This document shows, in pieces, positions 18,673 to 28,820 of a stretch of DNA of 64,000 nt. Origin of the DNA: Candidatus Poribacteria bacterium (GTDB lineage: Bacteria > Poribacteria > WGA-4E > WGA-3G); assembly GCA_022821965.1 (NCBI GenBank), contig JAJECN010000037.1, positions 145,656 to 209,655 on the forward strand. Direction: 5' to 3'. Under the pieces are notes generated by a model. The model did no database searches. It saw nothing but the letters and a program-made list of their open reading frames with translations, and had not been told where the DNA came from. The position numbers were made by a program, and so were the translations under genes. Numbering within the stretch: the stretch's first letter is position 1; each line of letters begins with the position of its first letter.

Positions 18673-18930
18673 TTATTCTTTGGGCAAGTCACCGAGTAAG
18701 CCAACAAGGGCAAACCTAATGTGCGACGAGAGCGCAGAATTCTCTGCGCGAAGGTCTGCACCTTCTTCATCTGGATACATGACATGTGCTGCCACCGCAC
18801 GTTTAACCCATCGCTCTGCCCTATCATCGTAAGGAATGTACTTTTCTTTGGGTGCCGTGCACGCAGGACACTCTTCTGGCGGGCTATCTGCTTCCTTCCA
18901 CAAATAACCACAGGCTACACAAACAAACAT
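18673..18930 (-). CDS. Small rubredoxin-like zinc-ribbon protein
   Basis: CVAC-x15-CPAC in the first 25 residues. Preferred over the overlapping ORF 18642..18911. Confidence 0.5.
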   Translation of the reverse strand: MFVCVACGYLWKEADSPPEECPACTAPKEKYIPYDDRAERWVKRAVAAHVMYPDEEGADLRAENSALSSHIRFALVGLLGDLPKE

Positions 18931-19108
18931 GGCAAAATCCTTTCTTTAGTCCTGAAGAAGATTAATATTTCAATAGCAAATTACCAAAATAATTAATCCT
19001 CAATAAGTAAATCGGAGTTATAGGTTTTAAAGTTACAATCAATGACTGCATTTTAGCAGATTACACTTTGAAATACAAGTTTTAAATTCCGAAATCCTAT
19101 TCAAAGCC

Positions 19109-21166
19109 TCAAGTCGACTGTCCCACCGATTGCTCCTTCAACTCAGCAATCTGGTCACGTAAGGCGGCGGCTTCCTCATAATCAAGGTCCAATGCCGCTT
19201 TTCGCATCTGCCGTGTTAAGTCCGTAATTGTCGCCTCAATATCTTGTGGTTCAATGGTTTCTGGCACAATAGACGGTTCGTCAGATTTTTCGGTCTTATA
19301 CTCGTCGCTCGATTCAGCAATAAGCTCCTGAATCGCCTTCTCGATTGTCGCGGGTGTGATATTATTATCGGTGTTATACTGGAGTTGAATGTCACGTCGG
19401 CGCTGTGTCTCTTGTATCGCTTCTCCCATAGCATCTGTAACGCTATCCCCGTACAAAAGCACCTCACCGTCAACGTTCCGTGCAGCACGTCCAGCAGTCT
19501 GAACGAGGGATCTGACAGAACGGAGGAAACCGGGTCGGTCAGCATCTAAGATCGCAACGAGAGAAACTTCAGGGAGATCAAGTCCTTCACGAAGGAGGTT
19601 AATACCAACCAGCACATCGAAAACACCCTCACGCAGCTCGCGCAGAATACGCGCACGATCGAACACGTCAATCTCAGAGTGCATATAGTCAGCACGGATC
19701 CCTGCCTCAGTCAAATACTCGGTCAAGTCTTCTGCCATCCGCTTGGTGAGCGTCGTGACGAGGATGCGTTGTTTACGACTGACACGCTCTTTAATCTTGC
19801 CGATGAGGTGGTCGATCTGTCCCTTCACCGGATGAATCGTAATCTTGGGATCAATGAGTCCTGTTGGACGGATAATCTGCTCAACAATTTGTGTGCTGTC
19901 CTCCATTTCATAGGAACCCGGTGTCGCGGAGACAAAAATCACTTGGTTGACGCGGGCTTCAACCTCGTCGAAACGGAGTGGACGATTGTCCAGTGCGGAG
20001 GGCAGACGGAAACCATACTTGACAAGCGTTTCTTTTCGGGATCTGTCGCCCCGATACATACCTCGCAGTTGTGGGATGGTTACATGGGATTCATCGATAA
20101 AGAGCAGAAAATCATCAGGAAAGTAGTGCATCAGGCAGTAGGGAGGATCTCCGGGTTGTAACCCTGAGAGATGCCGTGAGTAATTTTCAATACCGGAGCA
20201 ATAGCCGACCTCGCGCAACATCTCCAGATCGAAGCGAGTGCGTTGCTCAATGCGTTGCGCTTCGATCAATTTATTCTCTTTCTCAAATTTCAGAACCCGG
20301 TCCTGAAGTTCAAGTTCAATATTAATCAACGCTTGGTCGAAGATTTCACCGTCGGTCATAAAATGCTTGGCTGGATAGATCTCAAGAAAGTCGCGTTGTG
20401 CCAACACCTCCCCGGTTGTGGTATCAATTTCATTAATGCGATCAATTTCATCGCCGAAGAGCTCAATACGATAGGCATTCTCGCTATAAGCTGGAAACAC
20501 CTCAACCACATCGCCGCGGGCACGGAACACCCCTTGCCAGAACTCAACATCGTTACGGACGTATTGAATATCGACCAAGGCTCGCAGGAGGGCATCGCGT
20601 CGGACGACCGCGCCAACCTCTATCTGAACCCTCTGATTCTCAAATTCATCAGGTGATCCGAGACCGTACAGACAAGAAACACTCGCCACGACGATAACAT
20701 CGCGACGTGAGATTAAGGACGCTGTTGAGGCAAGCCGCATCCGTGTAATCTCCTCGTTGATGCGGACATCTTTTTCAATAAAGGTATCGGTCGCTGGAAT
20801 GTACGCTTCCGGCTGATAGTACTCGTAGTCGCTGACGAAGTAGTGAACGGCGTTACTTGGGAAAAATGTTCGGAATTCGTTGTAAAGTTGCGCGGCAAGG
20901 GTTTTATTAGGTGAGATTACGAGTGTTGGCAACTGCACGTTCTGAATCACATTCGCCATCGTGTAGGTTTTTCCGGAACCCGTCACGCCGAGGAGCGTCT
21001 GCGCCTTGTCGCCACGTTGGAGTCCCTCTGTGAGTTCATCAATGGCTTGCGGCTGGTCGCCTTGGGGTGTGAAGTCTGAGATTAGTTCAAATTGCAGGGC
21101 ATCTAATTCCGAGGCATCATCTTCTGAATTATCAATCTTTGTCAGCAATTCCAAATTCTCTCTCAT
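19109..21166 (-). CDS. uvrB: Excinuclease ABC subunit B
   Basis: 685 aa. Walker A GVTGSGKT, helicase motifs and a C-terminal UVR domain (...DYEEAAALRDQIAELK). Confidence 0.97.
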   Translation of the reverse strand: MRENLELLTKIDNSEDDASELDALQFELISDFTPQGDQPQAIDELTEGLQRGDKAQTLLGVTGSGKTYTMANVIQNVQLPTLVISPNKTLAAQLYNEFRTFFPSNAVHYFVSDYEYYQPEAYIPATDTFIEKDVRINEEITRMRLASTASLISRRDVIVVASVSCLYGLGSPDEFENQRVQIEVGAVVRRDALLRALVDIQYVRNDVEFWQGVFRARGDVVEVFPAYSENAYRIELFGDEIDRINEIDTTTGEVLAQRDFLEIYPAKHFMTDGEIFDQALINIELELQDRVLKFEKENKLIEAQRIEQRTRFDLEMLREVGYCSGIENYSRHLSGLQPGDPPYCLMHYFPDDFLLFIDESHVTIPQLRGMYRGDRSRKETLVKYGFRLPSALDNRPLRFDEVEARVNQVIFVSATPGSYEMEDSTQIVEQIIRPTGLIDPKITIHPVKGQIDHLIGKIKERVSRKQRILVTTLTKRMAEDLTEYLTEAGIRADYMHSEIDVFDRARILRELREGVFDVLVGINLLREGLDLPEVSLVAILDADRPGFLRSVRSLVQTAGRAARNVDGEVLLYGDSVTDAMGEAIQETQRRRDIQLQYNTDNNITPATIEKAIQELIAESSDEYKTEKSDEPSIVPETIEPQDIEATITDLTRQMRKAALDLDYEEAAALRDQIAELKEQSVGQST

Positions 21167-21290
21167 CTTGGCATCTTGCTCCTTGTAAATTTTTCAATCG
21201 TCTTTACAATTTGGGCTTGTAATCTGTATAGTATATGTACGTCTTATATAGTATACCATACTCGATCAAAAATGTGTAGAGAGATGCAGA

Positions 21291-23795
21291 CTATCTATGG
21301 ATATGGCAAAGTTCGTTCGGTTGCTGTCCTTCAATAAATGGCTCCCTGCTAATGCTCTCCTCTGGACACTTGCCTGCGCGTTTGAGGCGACCACTCACTT
21401 TGTTAATCTCCGCGAAGACAATACCGTCAGGAACAGGAAATTCCTTCTCAGGTCCCCGGGCTGCCTTAATCATAAATTCCGCCCAGATCGGTAGTGCTGC
21501 CCACGCCCCTTGCTGATTGTAATTCGGTCGATTCGGTCGATTTTTATCGAATCCGACCCAAACACCGACAATCAAATCCGTGGTATAGCCGACGAACCAA
21601 GCGTCCACATACTCATTGGTAGTTCCCGTCTTTCCAGCAGCAGGTCGAGTAAGTCCCATACGGATTGCGCGTCTGCCAGTTCCATGTTTCATTACATTTT
21701 CCAAACACGAGGTAATCTGATACGCCACCTTTTCATCTAACACGCGAGTGTGTTCAACCTTATGCTCATCAGCGGAATAGACAATTTTTCCGTCTGTGTC
21801 CACAACATACTGAATGTCTACTGGTTTCGTCTGGATGCCACCGTTTGCGAAAACGCCATACGCAGAAGTCAATTCAAGGACTGTCATACCAGACACACCT
21901 AAAGCGAGAGACGGAAATGGATCCATAGGACTTTCAATGCCCATCCTTTTTGACAAATCTATGACGCGATTTAGCCCCTCCCATTTACCGTTTTCAGCTA
22001 TAGGTGTCTCCAACATCGCTTTCGCCGTTGGCACGTTAATGGAACTTGTGAGAATGTCTCGCATGATGACCGGTCCCCTAAACCGCTCACTATAGTTACG
22101 TGGTGCCCACCACTGTCCAGGAAAGGGAACCATCCCCCACTCTTCATCAACGATAACGGTTGCGGGTGTTATAATTGAAGGGTCTTCCAACAGGGCAGCG
22201 AAAATAATCGGTTTAAAAGCGGAACCGGGTTGCCGTCTCGCGCTTCCAACAGCGCGATTATAAAAATTAATCTGATCGCCCGTGATGTTGTAATCTCTAC
22301 CGCCGACCATCGCTTTAATGTGCCCTGTCTTGGGTTCATACGCGATGAAGCCTGCCTGCAAGTAATCCTTAATCGGGTCGATGTGCGGATTGCGTTTATT
22401 CGCATCATAATTGGGGACACGCCTTCTGCCGTATTTGCTATCCATAAGACGGAGATGCTCCGCAACCGCTTTTTCCGCAATCGCTTGCATGGACATGTCT
22501 ATTGTTGTGTAAACCTTCAATCCACCGCTATATAAATTCTTTTGCAGTTCGGGAAGCCGACCAAGCTGTTCACGGACGTAGTCAAGAAAGTGCCCGGCTT
22601 CCTTGAAGGCAGTTCCCGTGCCCCTCTGGTGCAGGTTTTGTGGAAGGAGCGGTGCATCTCGGCTTGCACGCCATTCAGATTCAGTAGGGATATAGTCTTG
22701 CTCGAACATTTGGTCGAGTACGAGGTTACGTCGATTCCTGGCATTCTCCGGGTTGGCAAACGGCGAAAAAGCGTGGGGACCTTTCGGAAGTGCTGCGAGC
22801 GACGCTGACTCGTGATTGTTCAGTTCCGATACCTCTTTCCCAAAATAACCAAGCGCCGCTTGCTGAACGCCATGATACGTTTTCCCACCATACCTTGATC
22901 TGCCTAAATCAACATGGTTCAGATAGCGTTCAAGAATCTCATCCTTAGAGAAAGCCTTCTCAATTTTCACCGCAAGTAGTATCTCTCTCGCTTTCCGAAC
23001 GACACTCCTGTCTGACCGCTGATTAAAGAGATAGATATTTCGCGCCAACTGTTGCGTTAGTGTACTTGTACCTGCCAAGCGCTCGCCGCGTAATAATCTA
23101 TTTCTAAATGCCCCAGCGAGGCGTATAATATCAACCCCCCAATGTTCAGAAAATCGTCGGTCCTCAATAGCAGTAAATGCCCCTATAACCTTGCGAGACA
23201 TTTGCAATAGTGGAATCAGACGGCGTGTAGAACCCTCATCGTCAGCAAATTCGGCTAACTTCTCCGGTTCAAGGTAGAAATTTTGGCGCGCAGAACCATT
23301 TTCATTCCGGATAGCAGCAATTTTTCCGTTCTTAACTGAAATTTGAACGTGTCCTGCCTCTACATCAAGATGCGGATATTCAAAATCCCGTAGATGGATA
23401 CGCACAGTTCCATTCGGTTTTTTTTCAGCCTTTGGATCCCAAGATACAGGTGCATCCAAAGATACAGCATACGCCCCCGGTGGACTCAATTTGGGAATGA
23501 TTTGCGAGACCTTTTTATATTCCAAACGTTCCAACTTATCAAGCAAAAACACAACTGTATCTGTCTTTTGCACTTCACACACTGAAGAGTAAACCTCCAG
23601 ATGCTGCCGCCACGTCTGAACATCAACATCGTATTCAAGTCGATCTAAATCAATCTCGCGTACATCTTCCCAACACGCGAGCAGCATACCACCTGCGAAC
23701 CCGATGCCAGCGAAAATCGCTATAAATATGAGAACACATGCACTCCAGAAGAGGGTTAGCACTGCCTGAAAGCAGTGGTATAAGAATCGAAGCAT
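21291..23795 (-). CDS. Class A penicillin-binding protein (PBP1A family: transglycosylase plus transpeptidase)
   Basis: 834 aa. N-terminal TM helix, GT51 motifs EDRRFSEHWGVD and RKAREIL, and a transpeptidase SAFKP (SxxK). Confidence 0.9.
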   Translation of the reverse strand: MLRFLYHCFQAVLTLFWSACVLIFIAIFAGIGFAGGMLLACWEDVREIDLDRLEYDVDVQTWRQHLEVYSSVCEVQKTDTVVFLLDKLERLEYKKVSQIIPKLSPPGAYAVSLDAPVSWDPKAEKKPNGTVRIHLRDFEYPHLDVEAGHVQISVKNGKIAAIRNENGSARQNFYLEPEKLAEFADDEGSTRRLIPLLQMSRKVIGAFTAIEDRRFSEHWGVDIIRLAGAFRNRLLRGERLAGTSTLTQQLARNIYLFNQRSDRSVVRKAREILLAVKIEKAFSKDEILERYLNHVDLGRSRYGGKTYHGVQQAALGYFGKEVSELNNHESASLAALPKGPHAFSPFANPENARNRRNLVLDQMFEQDYIPTESEWRASRDAPLLPQNLHQRGTGTAFKEAGHFLDYVREQLGRLPELQKNLYSGGLKVYTTIDMSMQAIAEKAVAEHLRLMDSKYGRRRVPNYDANKRNPHIDPIKDYLQAGFIAYEPKTGHIKAMVGGRDYNITGDQINFYNRAVGSARRQPGSAFKPIIFAALLEDPSIITPATVIVDEEWGMVPFPGQWWAPRNYSERFRGPVIMRDILTSSINVPTAKAMLETPIAENGKWEGLNRVIDLSKRMGIESPMDPFPSLALGVSGMTVLELTSAYGVFANGGIQTKPVDIQYVVDTDGKIVYSADEHKVEHTRVLDEKVAYQITSCLENVMKHGTGRRAIRMGLTRPAAGKTGTTNEYVDAWFVGYTTDLIVGVWVGFDKNRPNRPNYNQQGAWAALPIWAEFMIKAARGPEKEFPVPDGIVFAEINKVSGRLKRAGKCPEESISREPFIEGQQPNELCHIHR

Positions 23796-24263
23796 CTGTT
23801 TCTTACTCCTTGTGTGATATTTAATAGAGAGAGTGCGGCTTGAAGGTAGAATTTATGTCATAGGTACCCACAACCTGAAGGTTGGGACTTGTGCTTCACG
23901 GCGACTGCGGTTTCCTCAGAGAGTCCACCGTCTTATTATCGCTCCACAATAGCTGCCAAGCCAGCTATGCACCGAAGTGCCTGATCTTATGCGACATGTG
24001 ATTTATCAACGGGGGCGGACGTTACTCCTGCTCCCCTATACATGCAACGGATACCCGAAGGCTTCGTCAATATAGAGTTGTGCGGGCTTTTACGTGATTG
24101 TCTCAATCGACGAGCGTTCCGACAACGCATCAATCACAACCTATGCCGAACACTGTTATATTAGACGATTTGTTTTGAAAACGTTTAGGTTATTTGGGCT
24201 ATCAACCCATAGGTTTCCGTCTACATCCCGCAAGCTAAAGCATAGGGATTTGACGGAAGAGTG

Positions 24264-24929
24264 TTAAGGGGTCCTATCCACACTCGTCTTCCGAACGCGT
24301 TTAATTGTACACCCGATTGCTCTCGTTTTTTTGGATACCTTGGGAATATCTTTTCCAGCAATGACTAAATCCAAAGCGTCTTTGAGATAGTGTTTCGTCG
24401 GTTCCTTTGGACTGTTGTCAACGGCACCAGCGTAGCGTAGCACACGTTTCCCATCGAGAAGAAAGACTTCAGGGGTTCTTCTCGCCCCGAAATAATCAGC
24501 AATTTTGTTTTCCGGGTCTTTTAGCACAGGAAATTCAAAACCGTGCTTCTCGTTGTACGCCGAAATCTCCTCAATCTTCTCTTGTTTGTTTGAATTGATT
24601 CCAATAAACTGTACTTTCTTTTCGCCATAAGTTTTAACCAAGGCAACAATCCGCTCCACATAGTCTGTCGCTATTGGGCATTGTGTAGCGAGAAACAGGA
24701 CAACTGTCGCAGATTTATCCTCGCTCAGCTTATACAGCGCATGAGATTCGCCATCAGCATCCTTGCGCGTAAAATCTGCAACGATGGTATCAAGCTTCAC
24801 CTTCTCTGTTTTCTCTTTCGCTAAACCTACATCCATGGTTCCGATAACGAAAGCAATGAGCAGACAGGCATAACGAAAAGCAACACGGTGCTTCGCGAAA
24901 AAATGTGTAACAAGACTTAGCCTTCGCAT
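24264..24929 (-). CDS. Thioredoxin-fold redoxin (AhpC/TSA-like) protein
   Basis: VVLFLATQCPIATDY redoxin motif context, with an N-terminal hydrophobic anchor. Confidence 0.7.
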   Translation of the reverse strand: MRRLSLVTHFFAKHRVAFRYACLLIAFVIGTMDVGLAKEKTEKVKLDTIVADFTRKDADGESHALYKLSEDKSATVVLFLATQCPIATDYVERIVALVKTYGEKKVQFIGINSNKQEKIEEISAYNEKHGFEFPVLKDPENKIADYFGARRTPEVFLLDGKRVLRYAGAVDNSPKEPTKHYLKDALDLVIAGKDIPKVSKKTRAIGCTIKRVRKTSVDRTP

Positions 24930-25033
24930 TTTGTAAATTTTCCTCTAATTAAGACGTTAATAGCACTGTTCGGTTTCAATTTTCTGATTGAAGGAAACGC
25001 GAACATGCCGACAGAAAATATTTGATTTTTTTC

Positions 25034-25062
25034 TTGCATTTTTAAACTAAATATAGGATAAT
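25034..25062 (+). promoter_or_regulatory. Candidate sigma70 promoter of lexA (TTGCAT-17-GATAAT)
   Basis: Hexamers at 25034-25039 and 25057-25062 with a 17-nt spacer, about 40 nt upstream of the lexA ATG. Confidence 0.4.
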
Positions 25063-25102
25063 ATATAAATATAAACTGATATTCACTACGGGAGATCAAT
25101 TC

Positions 25103-25768
25103 ATGGCAAAGAACTTGACCGATAGACAACGCGAGATTTTTAGCTATATCCAGCGGCGTATCAAAGAGGGCTATCCACCGACGATACGCGAGATAGGTAG
25201 CGAATTCGGCTTTTCTGAAAAGGCTGCACATGATCATCTCAATGCCCTTGAGAAAAAAAGGTATATCGAACGGGAAGATGGCAAACCACGCGCGATTTCC
25301 ATATTGAAGGAAGCGGATCCGAAACTCGCAACCAGTAAATGGTTAGAAGGACAAAATGCGAACCCAGTTTTGTCGGAAACGCAACGCGATATTACGGAGA
25401 TTCCGATTTTTGGGCGCGTGGCAGCAGGCACACCTCTCCTCGCATCACAGAATATTGAAGGCACCCTCCCGATGCCAACACGCATGCTAAACGATCACGA
25501 GTGCTTCGCGCTTCGTATCATCGGATCCAGCATGATCGGCGTTGGAATCATGGAAGGTGACTTTGTGATTGTTAGAAGGCAGCCTGATGCCGACCCGGGT
25601 GATATTGTCGTAGCAATGGTTGAAGACGAAGCAACAGTGAAACGCTTCTTCGTTGACGGCGATCAAGTCCGGTTACAACCGGAAAATCCGACGATTGAAC
25701 CGAGCGTCTTCAACACGAAGGACGTAATAATACTCGGTAAAGTTATCGCTCTTCACCGAGAAATGTAG
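25103..25768 (+). CDS. lexA: LexA repressor / S24 autopeptidase
   Basis: N-terminal winged helix (RQREIFSYIQRRIKEGYPPTIREI). Catalytic Ser in GSSM and Lys in VKRF. Confidence 0.95.
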   Translation: MAKNLTDRQREIFSYIQRRIKEGYPPTIREIGSEFGFSEKAAHDHLNALEKKRYIEREDGKPRAISILKEADPKLATSKWLEGQNANPVLSETQRDITEIPIFGRVAAGTPLLASQNIEGTLPMPTRMLNDHECFALRIIGSSMIGVGIMEGDFVIVRRQPDADPGDIVVAMVEDEATVKRFFVDGDQVRLQPENPTIEPSVFNTKDVIILGKVIALHREM

Positions 25769-25800
25769 CGATACACGCTTATTCCCACAATCTTAATCCG

Positions 25801-25826
25801 ATGGGCAGAACGTGATTTCTGCCCAT
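25801..25826. terminator. 10-bp hairpin between convergent lexA and the HAD gene (possible bidirectional terminator)
   Basis: ATGGGCAGAA-cgtgat-TTCTGCCCAT. There is no clear U-tract on either strand. Confidence 0.4.
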
Positions 25827-25841
25827 TACCTTCCAAAAGCT

Positions 25842-26591
25842 CTATCTCACATCCAAAAAATCGGTCAATTCGTGTAGATGAGAGAGTTGCACATCTACCA
25901 TGGACGGATCCGGGCACGCTTTGGATTGATCACCAACGAGCCACGCCGTCCACATCCCCGCGTTTTTGCCGCCAACCATATCTGCGGAGTAACTATCTCC
26001 AACGTAGATGGCATGTGCAGGCGCAACTTTTAATTCTGACAAAGCTGCTTCAAAAATGCGAGCGTCCGGCTTTGCTATACCCAAAACAGTTGAATCGATA
26101 ATCGACGCGAGCAAAGGCGTGAGTCCATATTCATCACACCAACCGCGAGTATTCCCAAAGTTATTGCTAATCACAGCGAGTTGATAGGTGCCATGAAGCG
26201 TTTCGAGCCATCGACGATTCTCTGCAAGGCTTTCAGCGGCACCCGTGCAAAACCACTCGACGTATTCCTCTTTCATCCGTTCACTCAAACCCAACCGCTT
26301 GTAAATTCCCACGGCAATCGCCTCGGTAGTCTCACGCAAATTACAACGCGCTGCATATTCAGAAGCGACGGCACCGACCGGTAACATTGAACCGTCTTGG
26401 TAAGACCATTCAATAGAAGAATCCCCGAGCGCGAATTCTGTTATTGTCGCCTTATCTGCCTTGTCGAACGTCTCACGCGTAATTTCAGGATGTCGTTCGT
26501 AGATAAATTGATACGCTCGTTCCAACCAGTGGATGCCGTTTCCATCTAAGGTTCCGCCGAAATCAAATATGAGTGCGCGGATATCCTTCAT
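25842..26591 (-). CDS. HAD-superfamily hydrolase
   Basis: Motif I LIFDFGGTLD and motif IV YVGDSYSADMVGGKNAGM. Confidence 0.8.
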   Translation of the reverse strand: MKDIRALIFDFGGTLDGNGIHWLERAYQFIYERHPEITRETFDKADKATITEFALGDSSIEWSYQDGSMLPVGAVASEYAARCNLRETTEAIAVGIYKRLGLSERMKEEYVEWFCTGAAESLAENRRWLETLHGTYQLAVISNNFGNTRGWCDEYGLTPLLASIIDSTVLGIAKPDARIFEAALSELKVAPAHAIYVGDSYSADMVGGKNAGMWTAWLVGDQSKACPDPSMVDVQLSHLHELTDFLDVR

Positions 26592-26618
26592 TCAGTGTTC
26601 CTTTTTGTAATTTTGACG

Positions 26619-27647
26619 TTAGGTAACATGGGGCTTGTGATGCAATTTTATCTCCAAGGCATTTACGACTTCACCGATGCTAATTTCCTTCATGCAAAGA
26701 TAAGGCACATCTGTTCGCTGACAGGTACGTTTATAGCACGGGCGACACGAGACAGACTTCTCAATGACCTCATGCCCACTACTGTAAGGACGATGCCGCA
26801 CCGGATCGGTTGGACCGAAGAGCGCGACCGTCGGTGTCCCAACCGCTGCAGCGATGTGCATGGGACCGCTATCACACGTCAAACACACCTCACACCTTTC
26901 CAATAACGCACCGAGTTGCAGAATCGAGGTTTTGCCGACAAGATTAACGATCGGGAGTGATGCAGACACGCCTTCCGTGAACGACTCCTCCGCAGGTGAT
27001 CCAGTTAATACAATTCTGGTCTCTGGTGCGAGATACCCGATCTGTCGGATAACTTCGGCGAAATTGGTCACATCCCACTGTTTTGTCTTCCATGTTGTGC
27101 CAAGATTAACAGCAATAAGCCGATCCTGCGGTGATACCCCCTCACGATCCAAGAGTTGTTCAATAAACTGACGGTCGGTATCTGTGTGCCAAAATTCTAA
27201 AACATCCGAAACAGCGTCAACATCCAGGAGCTGCAGCACCCGTAGATATCGACGCACCTCATGGACGGTCGTATCGTCTTTGAAGGAGGTCGTCAGCAGC
27301 ATTCCACGTCCACCAACACTCGTCCCCACGCGAATTGGTACTCGTGCAAGAAACGGCAGGAGCGCGTTTCGGAGCGAAGTCGGATGCAACACAACAGCAG
27401 CGTCAAAAGCCCTATCACGTATCTGCCATACCGACCTTACTATCGATAGGTAACGTCCCCTCGTCTTGTCATCAACAATGCAAGCATCAACATAAGGATG
27501 GGTCTCCATCAAATCTGCGACGCGAGGACGTAAGAGCAGTTCGAGACGGGATTCGGGATATGCCTGCTTCAAGGCACGCAACGCGGGTGTCAGCAGCACC
27601 ATATCACCGATCCAACCACCTGTTTGGCACACCAGAATGTTTTGCAT
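26619..27647 (-). CDS. Glycosyltransferase family 9 (LPS heptosyltransferase-like)
   Basis: MQNILVCQTGGWIGDMVLLTPALRALK and the C-terminal CDSGPMHIAAAVGTPTVALFGPT are GT9 hallmarks. Confidence 0.85.
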   Translation of the reverse strand: MQNILVCQTGGWIGDMVLLTPALRALKQAYPESRLELLLRPRVADLMETHPYVDACIVDDKTRGRYLSIVRSVWQIRDRAFDAAVVLHPTSLRNALLPFLARVPIRVGTSVGGRGMLLTTSFKDDTTVHEVRRYLRVLQLLDVDAVSDVLEFWHTDTDRQFIEQLLDREGVSPQDRLIAVNLGTTWKTKQWDVTNFAEVIRQIGYLAPETRIVLTGSPAEESFTEGVSASLPIVNLVGKTSILQLGALLERCEVCLTCDSGPMHIAAAVGTPTVALFGPTDPVRHRPYSSGHEVIEKSVSCRPCYKRTCQRTDVPYLCMKEISIGEVVNALEIKLHHKPHVT

Positions 27648-27679
27648 TACAGCACCAACGAAAATGTCAAGACCTTACC

Positions 27680-28555
27680 TTAGAAAAAGAACGGGTTCGA
27701 CCAGGCTTTTTTACCGGTTTCGTCTGTCACTTCAACACGAACGTATTTCGCACCGTTCGGAATGCTATACGTCGCCTCGGTCAAGAGTTCCCCCTCCGAC
27801 GGGAGGATTCGCCGACCGCGACTACACTCCGCCTTAAAAACAATCGATTGTGCTGGCGAACACTTAACCGTTACCTCGTTATTCTCTAACGCCATATCCT
27901 CAATTTCAGGTCCGAGTGTAGAGTAAAACGAGCCTGTTCGGAGTGCTTCCATGATGCTCTCAATCGTCAGTTCTTCCGCTTTCACCATAATCCATCCGTG
28001 AAAACAGTCGTGTTCGGTTCCGTGTGCATCGTCCGAGGCAATGCCGAGAACGGGTCCACCTCTATCCAGCAAGTCATCCCACGCCTGTTCCGAGAAGCCT
28101 TTGCCGATGCCCATACAGGTGTCGTTGTAGACCTCAATGGCGAAGTAACCATTTAACGGCAGATAATCTGTAATCGTGTGCCCAGACCAATACGGATGAC
28201 ACAAAACGGCTTCACCCCCCTGCGCTTTGATTTCATCAAGCACTGCGTTCGGATGCATCTTTGCGCAATTGAGTGTCTCATGAATATTAATCGCGACAAA
28301 ATGATACGTCGCACCGCCATAAGGGTTTGATGGATGGACCTCACTCCCCGATATTGCCAAAAAGTCTGATGTACTGTAAGCACTCACATCGTTTACTTTA
28401 CGATGATCTGTTAAGACTAAGAAATCGTAGTCCGCTTCACGGTATGCGGCGAACCGGTCCGACATGGAAAGTTGTCCGTCAGATTCCGTACTATGGCTAT
28501 GTGTATTCCCCCGATACCATTGTCCGGGCTGGCGGAAGGGATTTGCGTTGAACAT
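27680..28555 (-). CDS. PHP-domain metallohydrolase (CehA/McbA-like)
   Basis: GNTHSHSTESDG (the PHP HxH motif). Start set at ATG 28555, which has AAGGAG 6 nt upstream. ORF 27680..28588 begins at an upstream GTG. Confidence 0.8.
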   Translation of the reverse strand: MFNANPFRQPGQWYRGNTHSHSTESDGQLSMSDRFAAYREADYDFLVLTDHRKVNDVSAYSTSDFLAISGSEVHPSNPYGGATYHFVAINIHETLNCAKMHPNAVLDEIKAQGGEAVLCHPYWSGHTITDYLPLNGYFAIEVYNDTCMGIGKGFSEQAWDDLLDRGGPVLGIASDDAHGTEHDCFHGWIMVKAEELTIESIMEALRTGSFYSTLGPEIEDMALENNEVTVKCSPAQSIVFKAECSRGRRILPSEGELLTEATYSIPNGAKYVRVEVTDETGKKAWSNPFFF

Positions 28556-28706
28556 TGGTTGCTCCTTGTTCCGTGATGATGTGTTCACGTCTTTCGGGAT
28601 GATGCATTACTCCACTGGATGGACTTCACACGTCCATATCTATTTTAGCACATTCAAAATCCACTTGTCAATAATTGTGCAAACCGACAACGAAAAAAAT
28701 AAAAGG

Positions 28707-28735
28707 TTGACAATATCACGCCCCTATGATATAAT
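28707..28735 (+). promoter_or_regulatory. Consensus sigma70-type promoter (TTGACA-17-TATAAT)
   Basis: Perfect hexamers at 28707-28712 and 28730-28735, about 85 nt upstream of the 28821 start. The leader contains a 9-bp hairpin (AATATGAAAG...CTTCATATT). Confidence 0.6.
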
Positions 28736-28820
28736 TTTGCAAACGCAAGAGACTAAAATTCATGAAATAAGAATATGAAAGCCCAGACCTTCATATTCCC
28801 TCTCTGCAGGAGAAAATCTT

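Noticed and set aside
23796-24263. The spacer tested by eye as RNase P RNA, tmRNA, SRP RNA or a cobalamin riboswitch.
   Set aside because: None of the diagnostic motifs is present on either strand. These are GAGGAAAGUCCGG and ACAGAAxCCGGCUUA for RNase P, the tRNA-like 3' end ...GGUUCxAxUCC..CCA and an ...ALAA tag ORF for tmRNA, GGAAGCAGCC for SRP, and the B12 box. The region is kept only as an unclassified structured region.
24930-25102. Search for an SOS (LexA) box upstream of lexA, and upstream of uvrB at 21167-21290.
   Set aside because: No CTGT-N8-ACAG, GAAC-N4-GTTC or RGTAC-N3-GTWC type palindrome was found. The only candidate is a widely spaced inverted repeat, TGTTCGGTTTC (24967-24977) / GAAACGCGAACA (24994-25005). 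It is not shared with the uvrB upstream region, so no operator is called.
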